Position numbers and translations under genes: made by a program. A stretch of DNA of 64,000 nt from Candidatus Obscuribacteraceae bacterium (GTDB lineage: Bacteria > Cyanobacteriota > Vampirovibrionia > Obscuribacterales > Obscuribacteraceae), in the NCBI GenBank assembly GCA_044229845.1, contig JBGASG010000009.1:135269-199268 (forward strand), given 5' to 3'. Below the pieces are notes generated by a model. The model searched no databases, was not told the origin of the DNA, and saw nothing but the letters and a program-made list of their open reading frames with translations. Shown one piece after another: positions 30,501-38,973 of the stretch (positions are counted from its first letter, which is position 1; each line of letters opens with the position of its first letter).

Positions 30501-31175
30501 CTCGCCGTCTCCGGTGAGCAGCCGCATCAAACCGAGGTTTTTATGGGCGGCCAGTTCTGCGCATGCCAAAAGCAGCAGCGACACCGCCGTCGGCAATGCT
30601 ATCGGAGTGAATGCTCCGATTCCATAGATAGTCGATACCCGATAAAGAAATCCGATCACAAAAGTGGTGGCGGCCGCCAGGACCCCCACTGCACATATGT
30701 GCCAGATCCAGAGCATTCTGTCGCCGATAACACTGCGACAGAGCGAAGCTATTCCGAGGAGGACAACACAGACTGCTGTATTCGGTGCCATCCTGCCCGC
30801 CGCAAAGCCGAAGGCGGGCAGTCTATTGTGATGGGACCACTGGTCGATATCGACGAGGTGGGGCAAAAGGTAATGCAGCGCTACGAGGGAGCCGATGGTA
30901 ATCGCCACGATGCTGCTGGCGAGCGCAATCTTCCGATTTGACCGGCGAGGCGACTCACGTAATGTGATTGCGATACACAGAGCCAGCAGACAGACGCAGG
31001 TGGTGGGAGCGACCGGTGGCTGCTCAGGAAACGGATTGCGCAGCAAGGGCAGGTTGAGCCACCAGCCCAGTGCGGCTGAACATGCTACCAGTGCGGGAAC
31101 GAGGATGAAAGAGTTGCTGCCTTTCAGCGCCAAATGCCAGGGACCTGGCTGCGGACGTGCGTCACTGGTCGACAT
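27513..31175 (-). CDS. Membrane hybrid histidine kinase (HisKA-HATPase-REC-REC-Hpt) fused to NarL-type receiver
   Basis: MSHEIRTP, GGTGLGL, LMDCQMP, AHELKGS (Hpt), then VFLVEDN..VVDIGLPG..GADGYV.K. Confidence 0.88.
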   Translation of the reverse strand: MSTSDARPQPGPWHLALKGSNSFILVPALVACSAALGWWLNLPLLRNPFPEQPPVAPTTCVCLLALCIAITLRESPRRSNRKIALASSIVAITIGSLVALHYLLPHLVDIDQWSHHNRLPAFGFAAGRMAPNTAVCVVLLGIASLCRSVIGDRMLWIWHICAVGVLAAATTFVIGFLYRVSTIYGIGAFTPIALPTAVSLLLLACAELAAHKNLGLMRLLTGDGEGSYSMRRLLPAAIGLPVLLGYLDVWGEAAGWFDSTLGVTLLVLLMILSFSALIIRNAILLNSLTHERDKSLSTIRCLYEDLTDARDRAVQAVRIKSQFLANMSHEIRTPMNAVIGCADMLQRTNLSSDQKRFVDIVMSSASTLVNIINDILELSKIEADKLELQMVPINIIELLESTARLVAEKAQSKGISLTTYIDPVLDRTVTGDPQRIRQVMLNILSNAVKFTEQGSVTLTVEPEAVTEHGLILRMSVADTGIGMREQYLSQLFKPFSQCDGSITRKYGGTGLGLAICRRLVELMGGSINVESSEGEGSTFSVTLPLAYTDDTPPLHRRRDVAGLKLLVVGSPANEYSVLKGYSEAWEMQADYAPDAQSAMFFTDLAASASKPYSIVICEQLIGSGGLEAYALRDLMSERSPHLRFVLLSDLDQVGKTDEAQARGFDAVLSKPIRQSDLYDAIVTLAESVPAHARHVAGRTTSGTNRVDTFSSELPADACRRILVVEDNPINQEVASLQLRELGFDPQLCSGGQQALTYLRHHRVALILMDCQMPDMDGFETTAAIRAMEEEQGITTPIVAMTANSMEGDREQCLQAGMNDYIGKPVTAEKLREVIERWFLVALDSEPVATDSVEPTTTDSTRETDELTITVREQPVDTARGSSRQTSSSESETRVAMEQLVTLFGKAAAERFLTMFLVQTPPLIEKIQIALRTGDTERLKSVAHELKGSCFAINCHCLADICYEIERCARAQNIGSAAIAESKLEREFCRVAKDMEAWIHARSTNSMPSEILETVRVFLVEDNELTRMGISTILDKLDGLSVCGDAEDGVSAIQAIVTARPDVAVVDIGLPGLSGIEVTRRVKAIVPKTKVLILTSHDDDEDMFSAFAAGADGYVTKHSFDRYRLELAIRTVHSGACWLDPIIARRILTVASSATAARAFPGAEEAYPTTPLSDSERTLLHAVATDSENCHLGVCQVDPSFLERLQRFGARNGNGKAGAHH

Positions 31176-31381
31176 CTATCAGTCCCCCCAGACGTCGAAT
31201 AACACTTTAGCCTCAAACGACATTGCGGTCGTCGAACCTATTAATGCGCCATCTAGGGTCAACAAGTAAATGGGAAATTTCATCAACGAAAGCCCTGCCT
31301 GCTTTTCAGGCATTGGGCGTCACGATTATGCTACGAACCATTTGGTCCGAAACTTGGAGGCTGCAAAAAGTGCGCGCTCTT

Positions 31382-33001
31382 TTAGTTGAACTCCAGGTCA
31401 CCGGATGCGGTGCCTTCGTCGGAACCTGAGTTAGCCGGCGGATTGGGAGAAGCAGCCTGTGGAGCGGGCGTCGGCTTTGGCTTGGCCGCCGGCGTGATAC
31501 CCATTGGTGCAACTTTTCCATCAAGCGTCTTCAGTCGACGCACTGCGTTGGAAAGAACAGGCGTCTGTGGCTTGGGCGCCTGCTGATATACCTTGTATGT
31601 CTGATTGACGGGATTTGCAGGCGCGGCGGGAGTTGCAGCTGCCGGCACCGCCTTTGTCGGAGGCTCCGTGACGGATTTCTCTGCAGAATTCGCGTGTGCC
31701 GGGGTGTCCGCGGCCGGTGCCGGGGTGTCCGCGGCCGGTGCCGGAGTGGCTGCGGCCGGTGCCGGAGTGGCTGCGGCCGGTGCCGGAGTGGCTGCGGCCG
31801 GTGCCGGAGTGGCTGCGGCCGGTGCCGGTTCGCCAGGCGGTTCCGGAGCTGACGCCGTCACGTCTTGTTGCTCGATGACGCGGATGGTACCGTCCGTGGT
31901 GATGCCCAATTTGAGCTTGAGGTGAAGCGGTGCCATGACTCGCGAGTTGGGCTGCACCATGTGTGCGTAAATGTCCACGTCAGCGGATTCCATGTCGATT
32001 GGTTTCTGCTGAATTTCTGTGATCGTTACCGAGCACTTCTGCGGCAAAGATTTCAGTTGGGCGTTGGTGAGCGGAAACTTGGTTTCTTTCCAGTAACGTT
32101 CCAGCAGTTGCTGAGACATGTGTGACATGGCTTGAATCTGGGAGATCTTGTAAGTCTCGGGATTGAAGTCCAATAAATCCGAGACGTACACCCGCGCGAA
32201 ACCATCAATTCTCTCTGGAGTTAGCGGATTGGGAATGTTGGTGCTGTCCGGCGCGGTTGGTCCGAAGGTGTTGTTCAAAACCAGTCCTGCGGAAATGCCG
32301 ACAGCGGACAGTACCAGTGCCACCGTGCAGGAGACGCCCACAAGTCGAGGATTGATTGCTCTGAACCAGGGACGTTTTCCCTTGCGAGCGCGCGCTGCGG
32401 CGACGCCTGCTAAAGCTTCTTGTTCGAGTGATGAAAATCTCGGAAGTCCGTCTTCACCGAGCGGAGCCGATGGGTCTTCGCCATCTTCGTACTGACTGCT
32501 GTCATCGCGATAGAGTGTGTTGCCGAGCGAGCCGTCGGCGTCATACGGGTTGCTGCGATGATCGACTTGGCTGTCCCGGTACTCAGCGCTGTTGAAGGGC
32601 GACGATCCAAACTGGGCATCAAATTGCGACGCTCCGAATTGTGTGCTGCTGAATGGAGTCTGTTCGCCGTCTTGCGAGAGCAGCCGGCGACGCAATTCGG
32701 TGCGCGAAATACGTTCTTGCTGAAATTCTTCAGCGGTCAAACTGGTGGCAAGTATGCGTGAAAGCTTAAGCGATTCGTCGGGCGTAAGTAGAACGCTGCT
32801 GTTCGGAGGCGTTCCGAGCCGGCGTTTCACCGAGATCGAAATACGTTCGGTTTGGCGTTTGACGACGACCAGAAATCCCGACTGGGTGTCTACGATGCGT
32901 TCGGTCGTGGTCGGTGATTGCAAGAATGCGTCCGGCAAATCAAAAACATCGCTGTCGCCGGTGAACGCGGCTGGTGATTTGCTGTCGTCCTGAAAACTCA
33001 T
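31382..33001 (-). CDS. Single-pass membrane hypothetical protein with Pro/Ala-rich C-terminus
   Basis: 539-aa ORF with one TM segment and a globular domain possibly VirB8/TraE-like (weak). Confidence 0.7.
   Translation of the reverse strand: MSFQDDSKSPAAFTGDSDVFDLPDAFLQSPTTTERIVDTQSGFLVVVKRQTERISISVKRRLGTPPNSSVLLTPDESLKLSRILATSLTAEEFQQERISRTELRRRLLSQDGEQTPFSSTQFGASQFDAQFGSSPFNSAEYRDSQVDHRSNPYDADGSLGNTLYRDDSSQYEDGEDPSAPLGEDGLPRFSSLEQEALAGVAAARARKGKRPWFRAINPRLVGVSCTVALVLSAVGISAGLVLNNTFGPTAPDSTNIPNPLTPERIDGFARVYVSDLLDFNPETYKISQIQAMSHMSQQLLERYWKETKFPLTNAQLKSLPQKCSVTITEIQQKPIDMESADVDIYAHMVQPNSRVMAPLHLKLKLGITTDGTIRVIEQQDVTASAPEPPGEPAPAAATPAPAAATPAPAAATPAPAAATPAPAADTPAPAADTPAHANSAEKSVTEPPTKAVPAAATPAAPANPVNQTYKVYQQAPKPQTPVLSNAVRRLKTLDGKVAPMGITPAAKPKPTPAPQAASPNPPANSGSDEGTASGDLEFN
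31696..31828. repeat. Intragenic 21-bp tandem repeat, about 6.3 units (PAAATPA/PAADTPA)
   Basis: GTGCCGGGGTGTCCGCGGCCG x2 then GTGCCGGAGTGGCTGCGGCCG x4, plus a partial unit. Confidence 0.9.
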
Positions 33002-33094
33002 TCGAAACCCGCGGTCTGAAAACTAAAACGCCACAGCCTGGCTGATTGTAGCAAGAATCCAAGAATCTACAAATGCGGACGGTCTTATAAGAAA

Positions 33095-33122
33095 CACGCG
33101 AAAAACGTCGGTTTTTCGCGTG
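33095..33122. repeat. 28-bp dispersed palindrome, copy 2 (perfect)
   Basis: CACGCGAAAAAC-GTCG-GTTTTTCGCGTG. Confidence 0.85.
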
Positions 33123-33127
33123 CTCGC

Positions 33128-33156
33128 AAAAGAAAGGGGGGCGCTGGGCGCCCCCC
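33128..33156 (-). terminator. Rho-independent terminator of the sigma factor gene
   Basis: GGGGGGCGC-3nt-GCGCCCCCC stem followed on the minus strand by TTTCTTTT. Confidence 0.8.
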
Positions 33157-33183
33157 GATATCTCTAGGTTAGTCTGGGCTCAG

Positions 33184-34209
33184 CTAAAGATACTCCCGGA
33201 GCCGCGAGGACCGACCCGGCTGGCGGAGTTTCCGCAGAGCCTTGAATTCGATCTGTCTGACGCGCTCACGAGTGACGGTGAACAGCTGGCCCACTTCTTC
33301 CAAGGTGCGTTGACGGCCATCGTCCAGACCGAATCTGAGACGGAGCACATCACGCTCTCTGGGGGTGAGTTCGTTGAGCATCTTTGCCAGGTCCTGGCGC
33401 AGAAGTTCGTGTGTAACTGTGGTTTCCGGACGTTCGGCTTCGCTGTCTTCGATGAAGTCGCCGAGGCGAGAATCTTCTTCTTTGCCGATTGGGGTTTCGA
33501 GCGAGATCGGCTCTTTGGCTGCTTTGATGATTTCATGCAGTTTGACGAGCGAGACGCCCATGTTCTTGGCCAGTTCCTGCTCCGTGGGTTTGCGGTTCAG
33601 TTCTTGAGCCAGTTGACGCGTTACTTTTTTGAGCTTGTTGATGGTTTCTACCATGTGTACAGGTACACGGATGGTGCGGGATTTGTCTGCCAGAGCGCGG
33701 GTGATCGCCTGACGGATCCACCATGTGGCGTAAGTGGAGAACTTATAACCACGTTCGTGATCGAACTTTTCGGCGGCGCGGATAAGTCCGAGGTTGCCTT
33801 CTTGAATCAAATCAAGGAAGGAGAGACCGCGTCCGATGTATTTCTTCGCGATACTGACCACCAAACGCAAGTTGGCTTGCACCAATTTACGCTTTGCCAT
33901 CATGTCGCCCTGGAGAATTTTGCGAGCTAGTTCGATTTCTTCGTCTGGTTTGAGAAGTTGAATGCGACCGATTTCGCGGAGATAGAGACGAACGGAATCT
34001 TCAGTAGCGATTTCTCTGCTTGACGGCAGTTCGACTGGTTCATCGTCGTCGTCGAGATCATTGTCTTCGTCGTCGATGATGGTGAACGTGTCCGCATCAT
34101 CAAGTAGGTCGAGCTCTTCAAGTTCATTGCGCTTGGCAATGTTTTCGTCTTCGACCAACATGTTCATCGGACTCGTACGTTCGGTATCAGCAGCCTTAGT
34201 CTTAGCCAT
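33184..34209 (-). CDS. rpoD: RNA polymerase sigma-70 factor, RpoD/SigA family
   Basis: [48 protein letters not shown] and TRERVRQIE. Confidence 0.92.
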   Translation of the reverse strand: MAKTKAADTERTSPMNMLVEDENIAKRNELEELDLLDDADTFTIIDDEDNDLDDDDEPVELPSSREIATEDSVRLYLREIGRIQLLKPDEEIELARKILQGDMMAKRKLVQANLRLVVSIAKKYIGRGLSFLDLIQEGNLGLIRAAEKFDHERGYKFSTYATWWIRQAITRALADKSRTIRVPVHMVETINKLKKVTRQLAQELNRKPTEQELAKNMGVSLVKLHEIIKAAKEPISLETPIGKEEDSRLGDFIEDSEAERPETTVTHELLRQDLAKMLNELTPRERDVLRLRFGLDDGRQRTLEEVGQLFTVTRERVRQIEFKALRKLRQPGRSSRLREYL

Positions 34210-34817
34210 ACGTTTCCTCGTTTATGCATCCTGGAAATAAAGGTGCGCGATGCGCGAACAACTCTGGTTGTCGTACTGCAATGTACTTATCGAGTATTCG
34301 CGGAGATGGTTACGAAGAACGAATGTTGCGTCCGGCTCTGACTAAAGCGTTTCTTTTATATGGATGCTGATCCAACGATTCAGCGGCGCAAACTTCAATT
34401 CAATGTCAAGCATCAATCCCACGGCAGCATAATAGGCGCGAAAATCAAACGCAGAGAGGATCTAAACAGTTCCATAAGATTTGCTAGTTCCTTGTGTTCG
34501 AAATCAGCGTCACTGCCTTGCTTGGCAACACCTGTGAGCCTAGTATAAGTGCGGTTTCCAGAACGTGCGCATCCTGTTAAGCGACTTTAAATGCATGCTT
34601 AAGCGCCGCTAATCATCGGGTTCCGCGCCGGGTGGGGTTTATACGAAACGTTCAGTTTTTATGGGCTATGTTTAACGCTCGCGACACTAAATCTGGTGCC
34701 TGAAGCGAAGCAGTGTGTGGCTGTAAGGAGGCAATACTCCTGAATTACGACCCCCTTTACTACCCGGGTGGTCTGGTATGGCACCACTTCGATATCGTCA
34801 AGATGCACAAAAATAGT

Positions 34818-34845
34818 CACGCGATAAGCCGAGGTTTTTCGCGTG
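34818..34845. repeat. 28-bp dispersed palindrome, copy 3
   Basis: CACGCGATAAGC-CGAG-GTTTTTCGCGTG. Confidence 0.8.
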
Positions 34846-34908
34846 CTGTCGATCTGCTGCACGCGCAGCGGGAAGGGCTTTACCATGAAAGAAGAGATGA
34901 AAAATTGT

Positions 34909-37128
34909 TCACTTGGCAACCCGCGTGACGGAATCATGTGCACCTTTCGAAGCTTGCATCTCCTTCTCGACCTGCGTAATCAGGACCTGCCAGTGTTCGG
35001 CATCGGCTCGGTCGTTGCGCCTTTCTGCCAGGGTCCGCAAGCCGCCATACACTTCTAGTCGCGAATAGTAAGGATTCTCGCGTGGCAGGTCGATGGCGTA
35101 CTGCCTATTCGCGTCCTCGAAATAGGACTTCGCCTCGGCATCTTTGTGCTGTTCCAGGAGGCTCACTCCCATGAGTTGGAATGACAGACCGAAGCTCGCA
35201 TGTATATGAGGATTGAGTCCGTCCAGCGGTACACGCTTTATAGACTCTTTGAAGTAAGCCTCCGCGATGGCGGGCTTTTTTGCTTTCATTTCCAGAATTC
35301 CCAATTGTCGCAGCGCATGTACCTGCTCCGCTCCGGTGCCGATTTTTGATACCACCAACAGTGATTTACTGGCTTTGTCCAATTGATTGAGATCTCCGTA
35401 GGTCGTCCCCAGGGTTAATCTGGCGTGAGAAATGGGCCCGAGGCTCTTCTCGCAAGCGTCCAAAGCATCGGACATGGGGTCAGCCACCTCGGACGCAAGT
35501 TTTGCATCGGGAACATGATGTGCAACGTTAGCTAGTTCTTCAAGGATAGCCAGTTTTGCCGGAGGGGCGAGCTTCAACTTGCGATACTTAGCTAACGCTG
35601 AATAGGCCTTCTGCAACGCTTCCTCTGGTTTGTGCAAGTCGGACAGTAGTCTCGCGTGCAAAACTTCGCATTGGCACGCGCCGAATTGATTTTTTAGATG
35701 TTCTGTCTGTCCATGCCACTCTTCCAGCATTGATTTGGCAGCCGCATAGTTCTTTTCTCTAAATGTGATTACCACCAGTCGCGAGGCGGCATTCGTAGAC
35801 TGCTGATCTTCCCAGACGCGTCCGACACGCAGCATGCGCCAGCCCTTTTGCGCACATCGCATTGCGCCTACCGGATTGTTGTCGACCTGATTGAAATGGT
35901 CGGCTGCCTGCAGATAAGCCTGGGCTGCGATTCTCTGTGCCATTTGCAGTTCGGCATAGTCCCCCAGTTGCTCCCACTCAGTTGCGGTTACATGTCCTTT
36001 CTTTTCGCCTTCCATAAATCGTTCGTACATTGTGAAAGCGGGAGCATCGAAATGGGGGGCCGACAATTTGCGATCTGCCTGTGCCGAGGGCGGCGCAGCC
36101 TCATCGTTTTTGCGGCTGTTAGTCATAACCAGCACACCCATGATTGCCAGCGCAACCAACAAGGAAGCGGCCAGCACGATCACTTTTCGCTGCTGCCGAA
36201 GTTTCTTTCGCGTTTTGCGACTAGCTTGGTACGCGGCGGTCTTCTGGGTGCGCGAAGGATCGCTGTAAGCCTGTTCGAGATCTGCCTGCAACTCGATAAC
36301 CGACTCGTAGCGGTCATCCGGATCTTTTTCTATGCCCTGTCTGATCACGCGCGCCAAACGAATCGGAACACCCTGAGTAGTCACCAGATCTGGTGCCGTT
36401 TCATGCACGTGTTTGTAGAGAACCTCAAGTGCCGTATCGCCGGCGAAAGGCGGTGCTCCGCTCAGCGCTTCGTACATGACGCAGCAAAGGGAATAGATGT
36501 CGGAACGCGCGTCGGTGTGTGTGCCGACAGACTGCTCCGGGCTCATATACGACGGACTGCCTACCAGTTCACCGGTTTGAGTAAGTTCGACCGCTGTGCG
36601 CTGCGGCGCTTCCAGCAGCTTAGCTAGACCGAAATCGAGGAGCATGGCATGCAAGCGACCATTCGCATCCTTGCTGATGACGATGTTGCTTGGCTTTATG
36701 TCTCGGTGCAGCACGCCGCGACTGTGGGCGTGCGCCAGTCCTGCCAGTACGTCGGCAAAAATGACTTTGAACGTCGGCAGATCGATCTTGCCTGTCTCTT
36801 TGAGCCACTTGTCCAGGCTTACGCCCGTTACCAGGTCCATGACCATGTAGAGGGCGCCGTCCTCGACCCCCAGTCCATAAGTCCGCAGAACGGAACGGTG
36901 CTCCAGCGTCGTCAGGAGTCGCGCTTCGTTTTGAAAGCGCTTGATCACTGAGTCTCTGGATGCCAGCCAGGGATGCATCATCTTGATGGCTACTTCCCGG
37001 TCCAGTTGCTGATCGCGGGCGCGGTACACGTGTCCCATGCCGCCCGCCCCAATGTCTTCCACTATCAGATAGTGCTCGCCCAAGACTTTGCCGATCAGGC
37101 TGTCTTCTTTGACCAAGATGCGCGGCAA
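34909..37128 (-). CDS. Hanks-type Ser/Thr kinase with TM helix and C-terminal TPR-like region; 5' end interrupted by IS
   Basis: GAGGMGHVY, VAIK, HRDIKPSN, DFG and YMSPE. The first 5 codons (37114-37128) are IS-derived; the native N-terminus lies at 38872-38919. Confidence 0.88.
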   Translation of the reverse strand: MPRILVKEDSLIGKVLGEHYLIVEDIGAGGMGHVYRARDQQLDREVAIKMMHPWLASRDSVIKRFQNEARLLTTLEHRSVLRTYGLGVEDGALYMVMDLVTGVSLDKWLKETGKIDLPTFKVIFADVLAGLAHAHSRGVLHRDIKPSNIVISKDANGRLHAMLLDFGLAKLLEAPQRTAVELTQTGELVGSPSYMSPEQSVGTHTDARSDIYSLCCVMYEALSGAPPFAGDTALEVLYKHVHETAPDLVTTQGVPIRLARVIRQGIEKDPDDRYESVIELQADLEQAYSDPSRTQKTAAYQASRKTRKKLRQQRKVIVLAASLLVALAIMGVLVMTNSRKNDEAAPPSAQADRKLSAPHFDAPAFTMYERFMEGEKKGHVTATEWEQLGDYAELQMAQRIAAQAYLQAADHFNQVDNNPVGAMRCAQKGWRMLRVGRVWEDQQSTNAASRLVVITFREKNYAAAKSMLEEWHGQTEHLKNQFGACQCEVLHARLLSDLHKPEEALQKAYSALAKYRKLKLAPPAKLAILEELANVAHHVPDAKLASEVADPMSDALDACEKSLGPISHARLTLGTTYGDLNQLDKASKSLLVVSKIGTGAEQVHALRQLGILEMKAKKPAIAEAYFKESIKRVPLDGLNPHIHASFGLSFQLMGVSLLEQHKDAEAKSYFEDANRQYAIDLPRENPYYSRLEVYGGLRTLAERRNDRADAEHWQVLITQVEKEMQASKGAHDSVTRVAK

Positions 37129-37182
37129 GCCTCGTCCTTCAGGGCGAGGAGGATAGCGCCGGCGGCGCAGACGCCTTGTCGA

Positions 37183-37599
37183 TCAGTGTGGGGTGCGTTG
37201 CTGCTCAATATACTGGCGAACAATGCTGATAGGGGCGCCTCCGCAACTTCCAGCGAAGTAGCTAGGAGACCATAGACTGTCTCCCCAGAGCTTCTTGGAG
37301 ATGGCGGCACCATGTTGCTTCCGAAGCAGACGACTGGAAACACCTTTCAGGCTGTTTACTAGATGCGAAATTGCGACTTTCGGAGGATAAGTCACCAACA
37401 AATGGACATGGTCGTCTTCGCCGTTGAATTCGAGCAATTCAGCCTCAAAGTCCTCGCAAACATCGGAGAAAATCTCCTGAAGATCGGACAACAGGGATTT
37501 AGTGAATACAAATCGATGATATTTGGTCACAAAGACCAAATGCACATGCAAATTGAACACGCAGTGTCTACCGCGTCTAATGTCAGTGGCAGCTTTCAT
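37183..37599 (-). CDS. tnpA: IS200-type Y1 HUH transposase
   Basis: HLVFVTKY, DHVHLL (HUH), LKGVSSR, LWSPSYF and YIEQQ (catalytic Tyr). Start re-set to ATG 37599. Confidence 0.93.
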   Translation of the reverse strand: MKAATDIRRGRHCVFNLHVHLVFVTKYHRFVFTKSLLSDLQEIFSDVCEDFEAELLEFNGEDDHVHLLVTYPPKVAISHLVNSLKGVSSRLLRKQHGAAISKKLWGDSLWSPSYFAGSCGGAPISIVRQYIEQQRTPH

Positions 37600-37622
37600 A
37601 GACCAACAGTATAATTCAATGT

Positions 37623-38834
37623 ATGAAACGACTGCAAGCATACAAATTTCAGTTGATGGCGACGCCAACGCAAGAGCGCAAAATGGCACGCTTTGCTGGT
37701 TGCCGACGCTTTGTGTATAACGAAGCGCTGGCATTGCAGAAGCGGCGTTTTGAATCTGGTGAATCAAGATTGGGATATGCTGCGCTGTGCAGAGAACTTA
37801 CAAAGTGGCGGCATTTGAAAGAAAAGTCGTTTTTGGCGGAGGCACCAACACATCCACTTCAGCAAGCGCTGAAAGATCTAGAGCGAGCGTACGGCAATTT
37901 CTTTGGTGGTCGCGGCGGGTTACCGAAGTTTCACAGACGAGGGAGACAGGATGGATTTCGTTATCCAGATCCGAAACAGATCAAGCACGATGAGGTGAAT
38001 GGCAGGATCTTCTTGCCTAAATTGGGATGGATGCGATACCGAAAGAGTCGGGAAATAGCAGGTGCGATCAAGCAAGTTACAGTGGTTCGAAAGTGCGGAC
38101 GGTGGTACGTGAGCATCCAGACAGAGCGTGAATTGATCGGCAAAGAGCGAGTCAACGACTCGATGGTAGGGATAGATATGGGGGTTGCGAGATTTGCCAC
38201 GTTATCTGATGGCACTGTGTACGAGCCGGAAAATCACTACAGGAGGAACGAGAAACGGCTGGCGAAGGCGCAGCGGCAGATGTCGCGAAAGCGCAAGTTC
38301 GGAGCCAATTGGAGGAAGCAATTGAGGCGCGTTAAGCAGCTGCACATGCGAATCGCCGAATGTCGGAGAGACTTTCTGCACAAGAGCACCACGACCATCT
38401 GCAAGAACCACGCGATGGTAGTGATAGAAGATCTTTGTGTGAAGGGAATGAGTGCGTCAGCTGCTGGTACGTTGGAGAGACCTGGAACAAATGTCAGAGC
38501 GAAAGCCGGATTAAACAAGGCCATATTAGATCAGGGCTGGGGAGAGTTTCGGCGCCAGCTGGAGTACAAGCAGTTGTGGCAAGGGGGCATTGTGATTGCG
38601 GTGGCGCCGCGAAACACAAGCCGAATGTGTGCTAAATGTGGACATACTGATGCCGGCAATAGAACTGCCCAGGAAAAGTTCAAGTGTGTTGCATGTGGAG
38701 AGGCTGAAAATGCTGATCTCAATGCAGCGCGCAACATACTGGCGGCGGGGCGCGCCGTTATAGCCTGTGGAGAGGTGCCGATGGGTGCCTCGGCGAAGCA
38801 GGAACCCACCGTGTCGGCAGCTTCGGCTGCTTAG
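37623..38834 (+). CDS. tnpB: TnpB RNA-guided nuclease
   Basis: RuvC residues GIDMG, VIEDL and NADLNAA.NI are intact. Zinc finger CAKC..CVAC and N-terminal AYKFQL..T..Q HTH. Confidence 0.93.
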   Translation: MKRLQAYKFQLMATPTQERKMARFAGCRRFVYNEALALQKRRFESGESRLGYAALCRELTKWRHLKEKSFLAEAPTHPLQQALKDLERAYGNFFGGRGGLPKFHRRGRQDGFRYPDPKQIKHDEVNGRIFLPKLGWMRYRKSREIAGAIKQVTVVRKCGRWYVSIQTERELIGKERVNDSMVGIDMGVARFATLSDGTVYEPENHYRRNEKRLAKAQRQMSRKRKFGANWRKQLRRVKQLHMRIAECRRDFLHKSTTTICKNHAMVVIEDLCVKGMSASAAGTLERPGTNVRAKAGLNKAILDQGWGEFRRQLEYKQLWQGGIVIAVAPRNTSRMCAKCGHTDAGNRTAQEKFKCVACGEAENADLNAARNILAAGRAVIACGEVPMGASAKQEPTVSAASAA

Positions 38835-38871
38835 CCGGAATCCCCTTCCTTCAGGGAGGGGAGGACGTCAA

Positions 38872-38919
38872 CGACTGCAGTTCTTGATCTTGCTTTTCTT
38901 TTTCTCTATGGTCCGGCAC
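38872..38919 (-). pseudogene. Detached native N-terminus (16 codons) of the Ser/Thr kinase
   Basis: GTG CCG GAC CAT ... CAG TCG joins in frame to GTC AAA GAA (37113) when the IS is removed. Confidence 0.7.
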
Positions 38920-38973
38920 AGCAGTTCTGTGCCCGTTGCGTGCAGCCTGTAAACCAGCCGGCGCGGCGCGTGC

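Larger units (their letters stand above)
37114..38871 (+). mobile_element. IS200/IS605-family insertion sequence (divergent tnpA + tnpB)
   Basis: Left hairpin CCTCGTCC-TTCA-GGGCGAGG is preceded by guide CAAG and flanked by TTGAC. Right hairpin CCCCTTCC-TTCA-GGGAGGGG is preceded by GAAT and the element ends in TCAA. Removal restores an ORF. Confidence 0.9.

Noticed and set aside
31696..31828. Possible CRISPR array
   Set aside because: Head-to-tail 21-bp repeats with no spacers, in frame within a CDS, and no cas genes.
33095..33122. dif/Xer site interpretation of the 28-bp palindrome
   Set aside because: Geometry is 12-4-12 rather than 11-6-11, it lacks the TTATGTTAAA-like XerD arm, and there are many copies.
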